A stretch of DNA of 64,000 nt from NCBI RefSeq assembly GCF_016433145.1, contig NC_058130.1, forward strand, positions 709,154,046-709,218,045. The letters are read 5' to 3'. Below the pieces are notes generated by a model that worked only from the letters and a program-made list of their open reading frames with translations, did not search any database and was not told the origin of the DNA. The DNA is from Gracilinanus agilis (taxonomy: Eukaryota). The position numbers and the translations under genes were made by a program. Numbering within the stretch: position 1 is the stretch's first letter; each line of letters begins with the position of its first letter. Positions 1 through 12,830 of this stretch are shown here, one piece after another.

Positions 1-779
1 GGGGGGGGGGAGGAGGGCGGGAGGGGGATGGGAGGCCTGAGGGGCTCGGGAGGGGTCTTGAAGGGCACCCCATTGTGAAGCAGTCTCGTCCAACCCCTCC
101 ACCTCCCGGCGGGGGCGGCCCGAAGGCCTCCACCGAAGGGGAGCCCGGCTCCCCTCCCGCCTCGTGGTGGGAAGTTGGGCCCCTTTGTAGCTGCCAGCCC
201 CTGCTCGTGGTCCTGCCCTGTGAGCCCCCCCCACCCCCCAGACCCGGCCTTTTCTCCTCCACCTCTCTGCCTTTCTGCCCTGATGCCCCCCCCGAGCTCT
301 CCTCTCCAGCCTAACCATGCCCAGGTCTTTCAGTAGAGCCTCCTGACATGGGCTCGGGCCCTTCAGCCCGCTGTGCCTGGCACAGAGTAAGGCTTAACAA
401 ATGTTGCTTGACTGGTTGCCCCCCTCTAGACACACTCCAGGTTATCAGTGGCCTTTTCCTGCCCGGCAAACAGAACAGAACACAATAGTCCAGATGTACC
501 CCCACCATGTCTGACTTTCTTAGAATCTTGCCTTAATTCAACCCCCAAAGCTTTTTTGACTACCCTATCACACTGGGGATTTATATGAATCTTGCAGCCC
601 ACTGAAAGCTCCAGATCTTCTTTAGACACACTGTCCAAACATGCCTTCCTCACCTTCTACTTGTGAAGTCAAGTTTCAGAACCAACTGTCTATCTTCTCT
701 TGCTAAATTTCAACATATTAGACTATTAGTGTTTATAGGTTGTCAAGATCTCTCTCTGGATCCTGACTACCATCCAGTT

Positions 780-1620
780 AACAGCTATCCCTTCCAGAAT
801 TGTATCATCTACAGAGTTTGTGAAGGACATTAGAAGGGGAGTAGTTAGTTTGGGGAGGGAGTTAGGGTAGTTTGTAGGGCAGGAGTAGTAGACTAGGCTT
901 TGGGAAGTAAAGGTGTGATTTGAGAGAAGGAGGAAAGAGAAGCAGGGTAGGAAAGGAAGAGGCCTCAGGAAATGTGGGAGAGTGCTGGATGGATGAAGTG
1001 TAGGGGAATCATGAAAAAAGGAGGAGCAGACTGTTGAGGGTGATAGCTGAGAGGGTAGAGTTAAGGGTCCAGTGGATGGTGTGAAGGAAGGTGTGCTTTG
1101 GGAATAAAAAGGAAGAGTACTGGAGGGAGAAGTAATGCTAGGGATGAAGAGATTGAAATCAGATCTTCGAAAAAGAAAGATCCATGTTTTGGGGAATGAA
1201 GTGAGTCAAGAGAATCTAGTAAAGGCCTGGTTCAAGGCAAGATTAGCTTTGTGGTTAGGTGTTAGGATAGGGGTCATAAATGAGGCTTCTGGAGAAATGG
1301 TTTTATGAGATGCAGTGTGGCATCTGGGCTAAGAATAGAGCTCAAGAGGCAAGTATTACAGGAGAAATGGATTTTTGGAAGAAAGAACTTGGGCTTCAGG
1401 GAAGATTGAAGTTTTAGAACTTAGTAAATGTATTCATTCAGAAAGGCAAGTTTATAAAGGAGACCTTGTGAAAAGAAAATGCATTGGGGAAACTAAGGTG
1501 AATGGGGAAAAATGTAGTGGTGAGCTTATAGTATTAGATCATTGTGTAAATCTTGGAAGATTTTTAAAAACTAAAACTCTACAATGTATTCTTTTGAGGG
1601 GGCATAGTTTGGAAAGGTAG
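780..1620 (-). mobile_element. Ancient LINE2-like fragment
   Basis: Purine-rich degenerate sequence resembling the L2 ORF2/3' region in reverse; boundaries approximate. Confidence 0.5.
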
Positions 1621-2599
1621 TCTTTTCATTTCCAGGATGCAGTTGGTTTGATTAGATTTCCATCTATTTGTGTTTGTACAGAGTCCTGATTGCAATCCAC
1701 AGGAAAATTAGTTTCAGAATACTTCAGAATAAAATAGTCTCGCTTGTTATTTCCAAAGATCTCAGGTCTTTCTTTAGACTTTTTGCTTTCAAGTTTTTAT
1801 TCTGATCTATGTTCTCTGAATATTCTTTACTTCTCTCAAATTTTTGTGGTATTTCTCTTTCATTCCACATTGTGCTTTTTTTCACCACTTATGTTGGACC
1901 CCTTAGTGAATCATTTGCAGACTTGTGAGCTGGAGAATTCAAATGTTTCACTTTTTTATAGCTAATTTTAGAAGTTAAAACTCAAGAGCTACTTTTTTCT
2001 CCCAAATTTCCCTCTTTTACTGAAAGCATCCACTGAACTGCCTCCATTGTATAATTTAAAATTTGTTATGCTGGGGGTGGGTGTTGGAAGAAAGGAAAAG
2101 ATTTCTAAACCAAGCCATTTTAGAGAAGGGATTTGAGGTAGTAGGCTCTGAGGGTTGCAAGTAAGACCTTTTAAGCTCTGTGAACTGTATACTAAGCTAG
2201 TAAACTGAGGTTTGGGACCACGTCTTGGACTTCTGTCCTAGCTTCCGGAGAGCTGAATTCATCCTTAGGAGGCATCAATAAATATTCATTTAAGAGTCTG
2301 TTCCAGTCTAAGAGTGAAAAGAGGTGAAAGGGAGCAGGCTGAGGTCAGGGAACAGTCAGTAGTCCATCCAATTTGCCCTAAGCTATAAGCAAATGAAAGG
2401 GGGAAATCCTTGAATGCCAGGCCCAGGAGTCCAAGGCAATGTAGAATCTCTTCCTTCTGTTCCCATTTCCCACTCCATCCCCTTTCACTTTATTTCTTCC
2501 AAATTACCATTCTTGTTCCCCTTTCCCCTTCTACTGTCTGTTCTATTGCAAACAGTCTTCCTTTCAGACATCTTCCTGGTTTCCTCTTGCTTTCCTGAC

Positions 2600-4060
2600 T
2601 ATTTTCTCCAGTACTAGATACACTTTCTCTCATGTCCCCCAATCCAGTAGACCAGGAGGAGGAATGGGCATATTCCTTAATTTTCCATGCTACATTAAAC
2701 ATTCCTCTTGCTGTCATCACTCAGCAGCATTTCTTCACACGTCCACCTATCTTGTTTGTCATTTATATATATTTGGTTGTGGTTATCAACTCCGATGCCC
2801 CACCCCACTTACCTTTCTACTTTTTTCATGCCATTTATTTACTCTAGCTCACACAGTCTTCTCAATCCTAATCTCCAACTGTAAATTTAAATACTTACTG
2901 ATCCCCCTTTAAACATTCTGACCACCTATTTCATCAGTCTCTTCAATTCCCATGACCTATATCATAATCTCAACTCTTAAGATTATAAGAATGGTTATGA
3001 CCTAGATGTCACTCTCACCCTAAGTGGTCACTCCATTCCACCCCTTCCCATTCACCAGTTTTGGCCTCAACTTCTTCCCTTTGAAAATTTGACCAGTTAA
3101 CCTGTTTGAAAAGTTAACCAATTCTATGGTTAGAACTCTCTACTCTTGAATCCCATGTACCTTGACCTATTTCCACTCACACCTTGAAAAACCCTGACTT
3201 CTACCCTACCTTCTTCACTTTTACAGCACTGCCTACTCTTTCTTCACTTCTACAGCACTGCCTACAAACATGCTCTTAGTCTTTGTTTTCCTTAAAAACC
3301 CTTCAATTAATTTGGTGTCCCCTCAAGTTAAAATCCCATATCCTCACTTTCAGGGCCAAATTCCTAGAAAAAGCTGTCTTATCTCTTTTATCTTTTCTCA
3401 CTTTTCATTCCCTTGTAATATGGCTTCAGACCCTACCATTCAACTGAAAGTGTCTTTTCTAAGCAATCCCTTAATTGCTGAATCTAATGGCCTTTTTTTC
3501 AGTCCTCATCCTTCTTGATTTATCTGTAGTATTTGACACTTTTCTACCCTGGACTCCTGGATACCTTCTTATATTTTTGTAACATTGTTCTCTCTTGGTT
3601 CTCCTACCAATCTGACTGACTATTCCTTGTTAATCTCCTTTATAGTATCATTTTCTGTGACCCATCTCCCCTTCATCTCACTCCATCAATTGTAAGTATG
3701 CCCCAAGGCCCTATCTATGCTGGACCATTTTCTCTTCTTTGCACCTTCTTTCTTGATGATCCAACCCTAATCTCCCTCCTAAACCCTATTCCCGGGTGAC
3801 CAGAACTGCTTTTTGGCCATCTCTACTGGATATCTAGGCATCTTAAATTTAGCATGTCCAGATTGGAATGAATGCATCATTTTCCTTCTTAAGTTTATTT
3901 CTTTTGCATACCTCCCTGTTTCTATTAAGGGCATCATCATCCTTCCAGTTACTCAGGTTTGTAGTCTTAGTCACCCTCTACTCTTCAGTCTCCCTTATCC
4001 TTCTCATCCCTCCAGTCACCTCCCCCAGCCCAGGTATCCAATCAATAACCAAGAATGAGG
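2600..4060 (+). mobile_element. Ancient LINE2 fragment(s)
   Basis: Pyrimidine-rich L2-like motifs (e.g. tctagtatttgacact, atctaggcatcttaaatttagcatgtcc); boundaries approximate. Confidence 0.65.
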
Positions 4061-6249
4061 TTGACTGAAGGGGAAGTGACTCTTGGTGACTCTTTCTCCT
4101 TGTAGAGGTTAAGGTCTATTGCTTTGAAACTCTTCAGTGTAAAGTTCCAGTGTTCTATAGAGACCTAGAGTTCTAGAAATCTAGAGAGAATTGAAGTTTC
4201 TCATCAGCAATCCTGGTTGAAAACTAGGGAGAAGACATAGATATATTCATGCTGTTTCTTGGTGTTGCTTCAAGCCCTATCTAGAATGGAGTCTTCCCTT
4301 TAAGTGTCTTAAATTCAGAACCTCCTGACCTCTTTAAATTTTGGACAAAAAGCTTTGACAGTGGGATTTTCAAAAAGCCCCTTTTTTTCTGTTTCTGAGT
4401 GAGTTTCTTGAGGGCTTAGAGGGGTGAACAGAATGTAGATAGCTTGATGTTTGCTCTTTGGGTGTGGTAGCATTGGCCATGTGGTTTGGAGTCAGATGAC
4501 CTCAGTTACAGTCCCCAGTAGAATGAGGGTGTTGGGGGTAGACAGTTTCTAAGGACCCTTTGCTCTCTAAATTCCATGAACTTCTTGGATTAGAGCCTTT
4601 GGTGGATGCTGAGGTGAAGGCCATAGGGAATGTTTGTCAGGATTCCTAAATCTAAATACCTGATCCTCTCCATTTCTCTGGGTCACTGTGGGAGTTCATT
4701 TTATGAAGGACTTACTCTGTGCAAGATGCTCTAGGGATCCAGCCCCTGGCCTTGAAGAACAGGCATTCTCCTGGGAGATACAGCATGTGCATAGGGAGGT
4801 CAATACAAGATAATTGTAGTAGTGAGTAAATACTCAGGAGCAGCAGAATCCTCTCCAAGGGGCCTCAAATAATTTTTTTCTGATTAAAGCAATTAATGGA
4901 AGCAGAGAGCCACTGTCGTATTTCAGTATCTCCAATTTCTCCAAGCCATCTGTATGGTGAAAGGCAAATGCCCAAGTGGCAGAGGGGAAGAAGGGACAAG
5001 TAGACAAAGCCTGCTGATGACAGAATTGGTATAAGGGTTTGAACTGGGATTTGTGAAATACTAAAGTCCAGACTTTTCTCAGAGAGAATTCCAGACTGAG
5101 CAGACAGTATCTAGGCTGTCACACATAAAGGAGAAACCGAAGAATCCTAATACCATTATCAGTGCACATAACTTCCTGGACTGAACAGTCTAATTCTTAT
5201 AACCTGTCCTCAGGGTACTGCAAATCTTTGACTTTGTTTTCTTCACTTGGACCCACCCTGTCTTTCTGTTTCCACACCATCATGAAATTGGGTTACCTTC
5301 TTGTTGTGGACAGGTAAAGGAAAGGCTTCTATTCTCATTTATTCTGGACAAGGGGCTTCGCTTTGGATGTTCAGCCTCAAAGAACAAGGCACCAGACCTA
5401 ATGATGACCATTTGAAGGGCTTTTAGGTGGTCCTTTGGACATTAGCACCAAGTCAAGCAATTTTTCCTAAAAAGATATAAAAGCCCATTTTTGCTAATAC
5501 AATGGTTTTCCAGGCTTTAAGGAGGAAACATGACATTTAATCTGGAGATGCACAAAGAGCTCACACTGGCCTGCCTTTCCACTCTTCCTGGAAAAGGAGA
5601 CAGTTAATAAAAGAACAAGCAAGACCTTAGAGGAAGCAAAAGGAAAACTTGCCCATGTGTGCAGTTTTGCTTCTTTTTTTACTGTTATAGTTTGGGACTT
5701 TTTCAAGTGACTTATGGTTTTCCCTTACTCTACTATGTCAACTCCACTGTACCCCCCTCCTACCCTCAGCCTATTTAGTAGAACCAGCTGGTCATTAGTG
5801 ATTCCCTGGTGGATGTCTCTGTGTTTGAGGACCTTATACTGTGCTTTTGTTTAATAGCAGCTCCTTAACTCTGGAAACTTCACTCCTTCTGGAGATGCCT
5901 TGCCTACTACTTTCCTTTCTTTCCTTCCCCTATGACTAGCATAGATGTATTCTGAAGGTTCTTTAAGAAGTAATTTGCAATTGGTCCAGACATTCAAAGG
6001 GCATGACAGAGTCTGGGTCCACTAAAAAATAGCCTTTAAAAAACCTAGCCTCTTAGGTCTTTATAGACACACTTATGCCATTATTTGAATCCAGATCCTT
6101 TTGTAGTCTCATTTATTTAACAGATAGCAATATGTCCTAGTATTGTACCAGGGACTTTGAAGTTAAACAGAGGGAAGAGATACAGGTGGCATAATTATTG
6201 TCTTGATTCTTTTGGTGACAGAAAACATCCATGTGGCATAGAAGGTACA

Positions 6250-6560
6250 TAGAAGGTAGGCCTCAGAGTGGGAAGGGGAAGTTCAAAGAGACAGATTTAG
6301 GTTTGCTATCAGGAGAAACTTCCTAAGAATTAAAACACCAACTCAGCCTGGCTTCCCTTGAGAAGGGATGGTTTCCTCCTCTTTAAAAATGTTCATTCAA
6401 ACAGAGGCTGGATACCACCTTGACAGTTAAGGACTTGGCAAGTGAAATTAATTGACTTGCCCAGGGTCTCACAACTAGGAAGTGTCTTAAGGCTAGATTT
6501 GAATCCAGGTCCTCCGCACTCCAGGCCGGTACCCAATTATCCACTGTACCACCTAGGCCC
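6250..6560. mobile_element. L3/CR1 3'-end fragment (+) followed by CORE-SINE (MAR1/MIR-like, -)
   Basis: ggagaaacttcctaagaatt...agaggctggat (CR1/MIR3 tail); gacttgcccagggtc...gatttgaatccaggt (CORE). Confidence 0.6.
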
Positions 6561-7984
6561 TTCTACTCTCCTTCCCCTCCCTCACCCCCCCCCCCTCCTT
6601 TCCTGTGTGGTTTGGACTAGCTAGTGTGATCTTGAGGCAGAATTTGGTCAGAGAGAATTCAAAGCCCACCCCACTTTCCCTGCATGACTGAAGAGAGTTA
6701 AGACTGGGGAAAGGATATGGGATTTGGTGATGAGATCAGTAGTGCTACCTCAAGGGTAGTTTCAGTAGAGTGGTTAGAAGCCCTGTTACAGAGAATCAAG
6801 GAGAGAATGGATTAGGAAATAGAGATGTCAGGGGTAGGCTTTTCTTTGCAGCTACAAAAAGTTTGTTGAAGGAAGGTAACTCGAGAAGGACAGCAGTGTC
6901 AAAGGAATGTAATTTTTTCAGCCAAAATAAGGGAGATTTCTTTGTGTTTAAAGGCAGAAAGAAAGGAGCTAAGTGAACAGGCTGAGGATTGTTTGAGAGG
7001 AGAGCAAGGCACAGACATCTCTACCTTTGAGACCTGAGAGATGGTAGGATGAGTATAGAAAGGCCAGATTAGAGAGTTTCCTATAGAAAAGTCCCAATCC
7101 CAATAAAGAATTCTATTCTACTAGAAAGAGTGGAAGCTGGTGATAAAGTGGCTTGGGGTGGGAGTGGGGGTGGTGTGTGGTTTGGGATTATTCATGGGAG
7201 CATTATTCCTGGGAGGTTCCTGCCATAGTTGTTCTTATTCTCTGGGCTGCCTCTGAATTCCAAGATGTTTGATGAGAGCTAAAGAGTTCTTGTTTCTCTT
7301 TCCTGGATATTTGTGACTTTCTCCTTACTCCTCCCCAGGATGGGAGTGGGTGGGGAACTAGAGTCTTTTGAAGTTACTCTGTAGCTTTGTGCCTGTGGTT
7401 TGCCCCGCCCGATTAACTGCTGTAGATATCTTTAGGTATAACAGTTTCCCTGAGGCTGGGAAGAAGTTATTTGCTCCAGTTGATTTGGTTGATCTGGTCA
7501 GCTGCATTGTCTTGCTTGGTGTAGAGATTTCTTTGTACCATTCTTCTCTGAGTTTGGCCTCTGAACATACTGTTCTGTGATCTCTTGGTGATCCAGGAGG
7601 GTAAGTGTGTGGAACACTAGCAGTGTTCCAAGTAGTGAAACCAAAGTTTTTACTTTTTTATAGTAATTTAACCTACTGGTGGGAAGGCAGGCATCTTCCA
7701 GTCACCAAAGTTTTGAGTTTGAAGGGATATCAGTAAGGGATATGACCAAGGTGAATTGTCTTTAATCGGAATATAGATTCACCCTTTCTTTGCCCTTGTC
7801 ACAGTGGACTGTTTCTGTCTTTGTGAACTTTCTAATAATGAATGGAATACTGGTTCCACAGTAAAGATGAGTGAGAAAGGGAATGTGGCCTACATAGGAC
7901 CCAAATCCTGGATCTTACAATTTTGAGCATTGGAAGGTGCCTTAGAAATTCGTCTAAACTTGTCAAGGTTCTTTAGTCATGTCA

Positions 7985-8175
7985 TTTTTTTTTTTTAACT
8001 CTTACCTTCCTCTTAGAATCAATACTATGTATTGGCTCCAAGGCAGAAGATTGGTAAGGGTAGGCAATGGGGGTTAAAAGACTTGCCCAGGGTCACACAA
8101 CTGGGAAGTGTCTGAGGTCCCATTTGACCCCAGGGCCTCCTGTCTCTAGGCCTGGCTCTCAATCCACTGCCCCCT
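7985..8175 (-). mobile_element. Opossum-type CORE-SINE (SINE2-like) nested in a MIR3-like element
   Basis: T tail plus gacttgcccagggtcacac core; 17-bp TSD ttag(t/c)catgtcattttt at 7973-89 and 8175-91. Confidence 0.9.
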
Positions 8176-9220
8176 TAGCCATGTCATTTTTACAGAGGAA
8201 GAAATGGAGGCTTAGAGATTGAATTGCTTGCCCAAACTGACACACATTAATAATGGCAGAGCTGGGACTAAGATTTAGTTTTCATGACTCCTGTGAAACT
8301 TTCTAAGATACCTCAAACAGCCAGTGTTTGAAGAAGTGATTCCTTTTTTTGTGACGAATGTCCACTCCAGCATGTTTCTCCCCAGGGGAAACCACATTTG
8401 ACCTTCTAAAGAATTTACTTATATTGTTTATTTATTGCCCTCCTATACTGGCTATAATAATCTTTATTACTTGAGATATGTGCAGATACTTAGGTCTCCT
8501 TTTGCCCTGCAAGAGCATTCTGGATCATTTCCTTTAGCCAAGGTGTTGTCCCCTTTGGTCTTCATCTTATAGGAATATCTTTGCGAAATCCTCAGAGGGA
8601 CTTGGTTTCAAATTTGACTTCAGATACTTCCTAGTAGTGGGACCTTGGGCAAGCCATTTAACTCCAGTTGCTTAGCCCTTACTACTTTTCTGCTTTGGAA
8701 CTAAAACTTAGTATTGCTCAGACAAGACCGAAGGTAAGAGGTTTTTTTTTTTTTGTTTTTTTTTTTGGTTTTGTTTTGTTTTTAAATAGGCAATTAAATG
8801 TGCTGGCCACTGTGAAAAGGGTGGTCCTTCTCCTTATCTCCCCATCCTCTCAGACTCCTACTGTACTGGTTGGCTGGAGCTGGGGGATGTCCAGACTCTT
8901 GTGGACTGGTCTCTAGCTACTTTTTATCTCCAAAAATCTGTTTACTTCTGATTAACTTTACAGATTTGGCAGATTTGTATTGAATGAGTGTACTGAATAG
9001 GCATTGAAATTCAATTGCCAAAAGAACTGAAAATTACTATTCCCTAGTTTTCCCCTATGCCCATTTTTTATGCTCAAGTATTGTGTGGGTGTGTTTAAAT
9101 GTTTTAAATTACTTTGCTTCTCTTGGTTGAAAGGCACAGTTGGAGTTAGATTGAAGGACAGTTGTAGATGTTGAGGTGATGCTGGTAGGCTGGTTGCTTG
9201 CTTCCCCTTTCTGTGGATGA

Positions 9221-9438
9221 CTTTTTTTTTTTTTTTTTTTAAATTAAACCCTTACCTTCCATCTTGGAGTCTACTATATATTAGTTCTGAGGCAGAAGAG
9301 TGGCAAGGGCTAGGTAGTGGGGGTTAAGTGACTTGCCCAGGGTCACACAACTAGGATGCATCTGAAGTCAGATTTGAACCTAGGACCCTCCTGTCTCTAG
9401 GGCCTGGCTTTCCATCCACCAGGCCAACCCAGCTGCCC
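9221..9438 (-). mobile_element. Opossum-type CORE-SINE (SINE2-like)
   Basis: Poly-T tail, aaacccttaccttcc, core gacttgcccagggtcacac, head cagctgccc. Confidence 0.9.
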
Positions 9439-10959
9439 TAGGTACCTTTTATCCTTTGATCTGTCTTATTGCTACTGAGGCCAGAGGAGGAGTAGGCTTT
9501 CAGGATAAAAGGCACAGATTTGAATCCAGCTGAAGGCATTCCTCCTGAGATTCTGGAAAGACATGAGTTTCATGCATTATTCACTATCTTTAAAAAAAAA
9601 TTTAATCTCACTGCTTCTGAAAAGAGAAAGGTTGGACTTCCTGGTGTTTTTTTTTTGTTTTTGTTTTTGTGAAGATGGCTGGCTGTTTTGTTCTCATATT
9701 TGGTATTCATTTCATTTGGATTTGTTACATGTATAATAATATATGTATTCCACTTTATGTATAAAAGTTCAGTTATATAATTTTGGGGGGTAAGAAACTG
9801 CCAGGGGACCATGACAAATCAATGTTGTGATGGGGTGGGGTGGGGTGTGGGGGAGATGTTCTTGTGATTTTTACATTGGAGTTGTTATGATTTATCAGGA
9901 CAGACTGATGTCAACCTGGAAAAATACAGAACCACTAAAGTAGTCTGTAAAACCCAGCCTTAAATCAGGAAAGAGATAGTGCTCAATATTTGGCTGCCAC
10001 ACCCAGTCAAGGGCTCTGGGACTCTGGGAACTGTATCTCTGAGAGGATCACCTCCCTAGATGACTCTCCAAAGAATAATAGAATAGGTATCTTATATACC
10101 TTTTGGGGAATTAAGCACATCAAACTTAGACTAACTGCTTGTAAACAGGCTTGGGTTTCCGGGAGTGGTCTACTATAATGGATACTAAAAGGATTACTTC
10201 CAAACTGGTCTTCTTGAGAATGGGTCTCTGATACAATGGGGGAAACTTCTAAGACTAAAAGGGTGATTGAGCGTTTCTATTATTCCTATTCAGGACACTT
10301 AATGGGTGCTGGGAGATCCCTTATTCAGTCTAAGACAAAGTCATTTTGGAACTTCCCTTAAAGTAAGTTCTCCAGGGAAATGGGCAAACTTGGGGCATCC
10401 AGAATTTACACAGACACTGATTATCTTGTTTAAGGCCCAGGGGGAGAAATTCCAGAGAACTCCTTTTATTTTCCCCACAAAATAGAAGGAGGAAGCAGTT
10501 TCAAACTCATCTCTGTCACATTTACCCTCGTTTTTATTCCTTGATCTCACTATGTCTTAGACCTATATCCTCTGAAAACTAGAGGTGCTAACTTCCCTGT
10601 CTTTCTGCAGATATTTCTGAACTTTATATAAATACTTAAAAACACATTTTTTTTCTTTTTTAATTTGAAGGAATTGAAAATTTGCAAACAACATAAGCAT
10701 TTCTAATGGAATATAGGCATTCTGTCTGCCTGTTTCCCCCAAAGTGAGGTATACTCAAGTCTTATTTTATTCTGGGCTAAGGATTTTCTTCCTTTAGACA
10801 TACTGGTTTGGGGCACTTTAATAACCCCACTCTGCAGCTTTTTAAAAAATAGGATAACTGATATTCTTTACGAAATAATATATGTTAAGTGCTTTTCCGA
10901 CCTGGAAATTCTATATACATGTTAGGTATCATGATAATTGTCTGTTTTGTGGGTCACCA

Positions 10960-11670
10960 TGGGGAAGACATGGTGTGGTTAAACATAGGCTGTAGCATAT
11001 TACAAACAGTGATGTGCACATGAGAAGTAATATAAAGGACTTCTTCAAGGATGTATATGACAAGGAAAGTGAAGCTGAGCATACAGCAGATACTGTAGAG
11101 TAGGAAGAAAAACCCTGGTGTAAGTCCTGCATCTGCTTTATCCTGGCTGTGGGGTATATGAAGCGTTCAGGGAGGACTGGCACCTCTGGTGTGAGGACTT
11201 GCCTGTCCTTCAGGACTGCTTAGCCATCTTTCACTTAACTTTGGCCTGGGGCTCAAGAAGCTGTAGCCTGAGCAGTGTCCACAGCCTGGTGTATCATCTC
11301 TGAAGACAAGCAAAATCAGCTTGAGCATAACCAGTCTGCCTCAGAGCCATCAGTGAGTTAGGAAAGTGTCTACCCCAAGCATGTGACCACTTCACCTGGT
11401 AGAATGGGCGCATGAGAACAGTTTGTTCCAGTAGGCATAAAGCTGCTGAGGCAGGTGCTATGGAGTATCTTGAGCTTGGTCAGTCAGAGGGTGCCACGGT
11501 CATCCACTGCATCCCCAGCTATTGCCAGGCGTCCTGGATTTCAATAATTGTGGAAGAGAAAGTAGGGCCTAAGACTTTGTGCAGCTCTGCCTCATTTAAA
11601 TCCAATTCACTCACAAGCCAAGACGATGCTTTTGTTGGGCCTGTTCGGAAATGAAGGACCAACAACTGGC
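10960..11670 (+). mobile_element. RTE-related non-autonomous retroposon fragment
   Basis: gtcatccactgcatccc...ctttgtgcagctctgcctcatttaaatccaattcac...gaaggaccaacaac resembles marsupial RTE-derived elements with a (CAA)n tail; family name unverified. Confidence 0.6.
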
Positions 11671-12674
11671 TGTGGGACCCTGTGTGAGTGATACTGACCT
11701 AGGTGGATCGCTGTGACTATGAGTCACAGAAGACTTCTGATCCACATGGGTTGGGAGGAGCTTTTTTATTCAGAATTCTCAACACAGCCATCAAAGAAAA
11801 AATAGAAATTGATCATTTGTTTTTCCATTTAGGCTCAAGTCTACTAGAAGCAATTTTGTTGAATTTGACATTAACCTATACCCAAACCATTTCTAACATG
11901 GAGAGAGATATCCAAACTGGCATAGTTCCCCCGTGCCCTCTGACATGCCTCGCTTCCCTAAGAAGATTTCAGGGAACATTTAGAAGAATCATGAACAAGG
12001 AAATGATCATATAATATGTAAAATACAGTCCTGCATGAATATTCCAGAAGTTGAAAAACTATTGTCATCCCAGTCTTTCCTCCTAGCCTACTCCTCAAGG
12101 AATTGATCAGTTTCTTAGAGATATTGATAAAGAATCTAAATTGAATAGAAGGATATGAGAATGTCTCCCCTGTAAGATTTAAATTTAATATCCAAATACT
12201 CCCAACTATTATATTTAATAAATTCATTAATAATAACTAAAATAAGAAACTAGACTAAAAAGGATGCTAACCCAGCCACAGTGGCGAAAAAGAGACAACA
12301 AGAGGCAGAGTTACAGCCAACTATATACAAAACCATGCAATGTGGTGGAAAGATTAAAAGGAATTCTGGGAAACATAGTTCAAAGGTACAGAATGTCCAC
12401 TTATACATCCCTTGAGTGCAAGAGGCACTTTCCATGCATAGACCTATGGTTAAACTCTTCTGGGAGCAAAGAGTGGAGATTGCCTTTTAGTCTGTTCACC
12501 TCAGGAAAGGCCTTTTTGTCCTTGACCTGTCACTTGCCTTTCCACGTGATTTTTCCCAAGAGCTTGGAAGGAGCTTTAGAGAAAAATATTTCTTAATTCA
12601 AGAGGAACTAAAAAGGAAGCTTTTTAAAAGAATGCTTCCACAGATGAAACCCAGATCTATTAAAAAAAAAAAAA

Positions 12675-12830
12675 GATCCAAAAGGTGGTAGGCTAGCCAT
12701 GTAGCAAGAATGAAATGAGTGCTGCATTAGGATCTATCTGCAAGATAAGAAAAAGACCAGAGGAAGACCTCAAGCATGTCAGGTAGACAGTCTGTCTAAT
12801 GTGTCTATCTACCCACCTAATCTGAAAGAT
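12675..12830 (+). mobile_element. RTE ORF C-terminal fossil
   Basis: Degenerate translation KRW*ASHVARM, similar to the RTE motif RWAGHVARM, followed by agaggaagacct (RGRP). Confidence 0.6.

Noticed and set aside
75-314. Pro-rich 79-aa ORF as possible CARM1 exon 1
   Set aside because: No similarity to the CARM1 N-terminus and no suitable donor; it is GC-rich intron 1 sequence
12264-12596. 110-aa ORF as possible retrogene
   Set aside because: No recognisable protein family, and it sits among RTE-like fossil fragments
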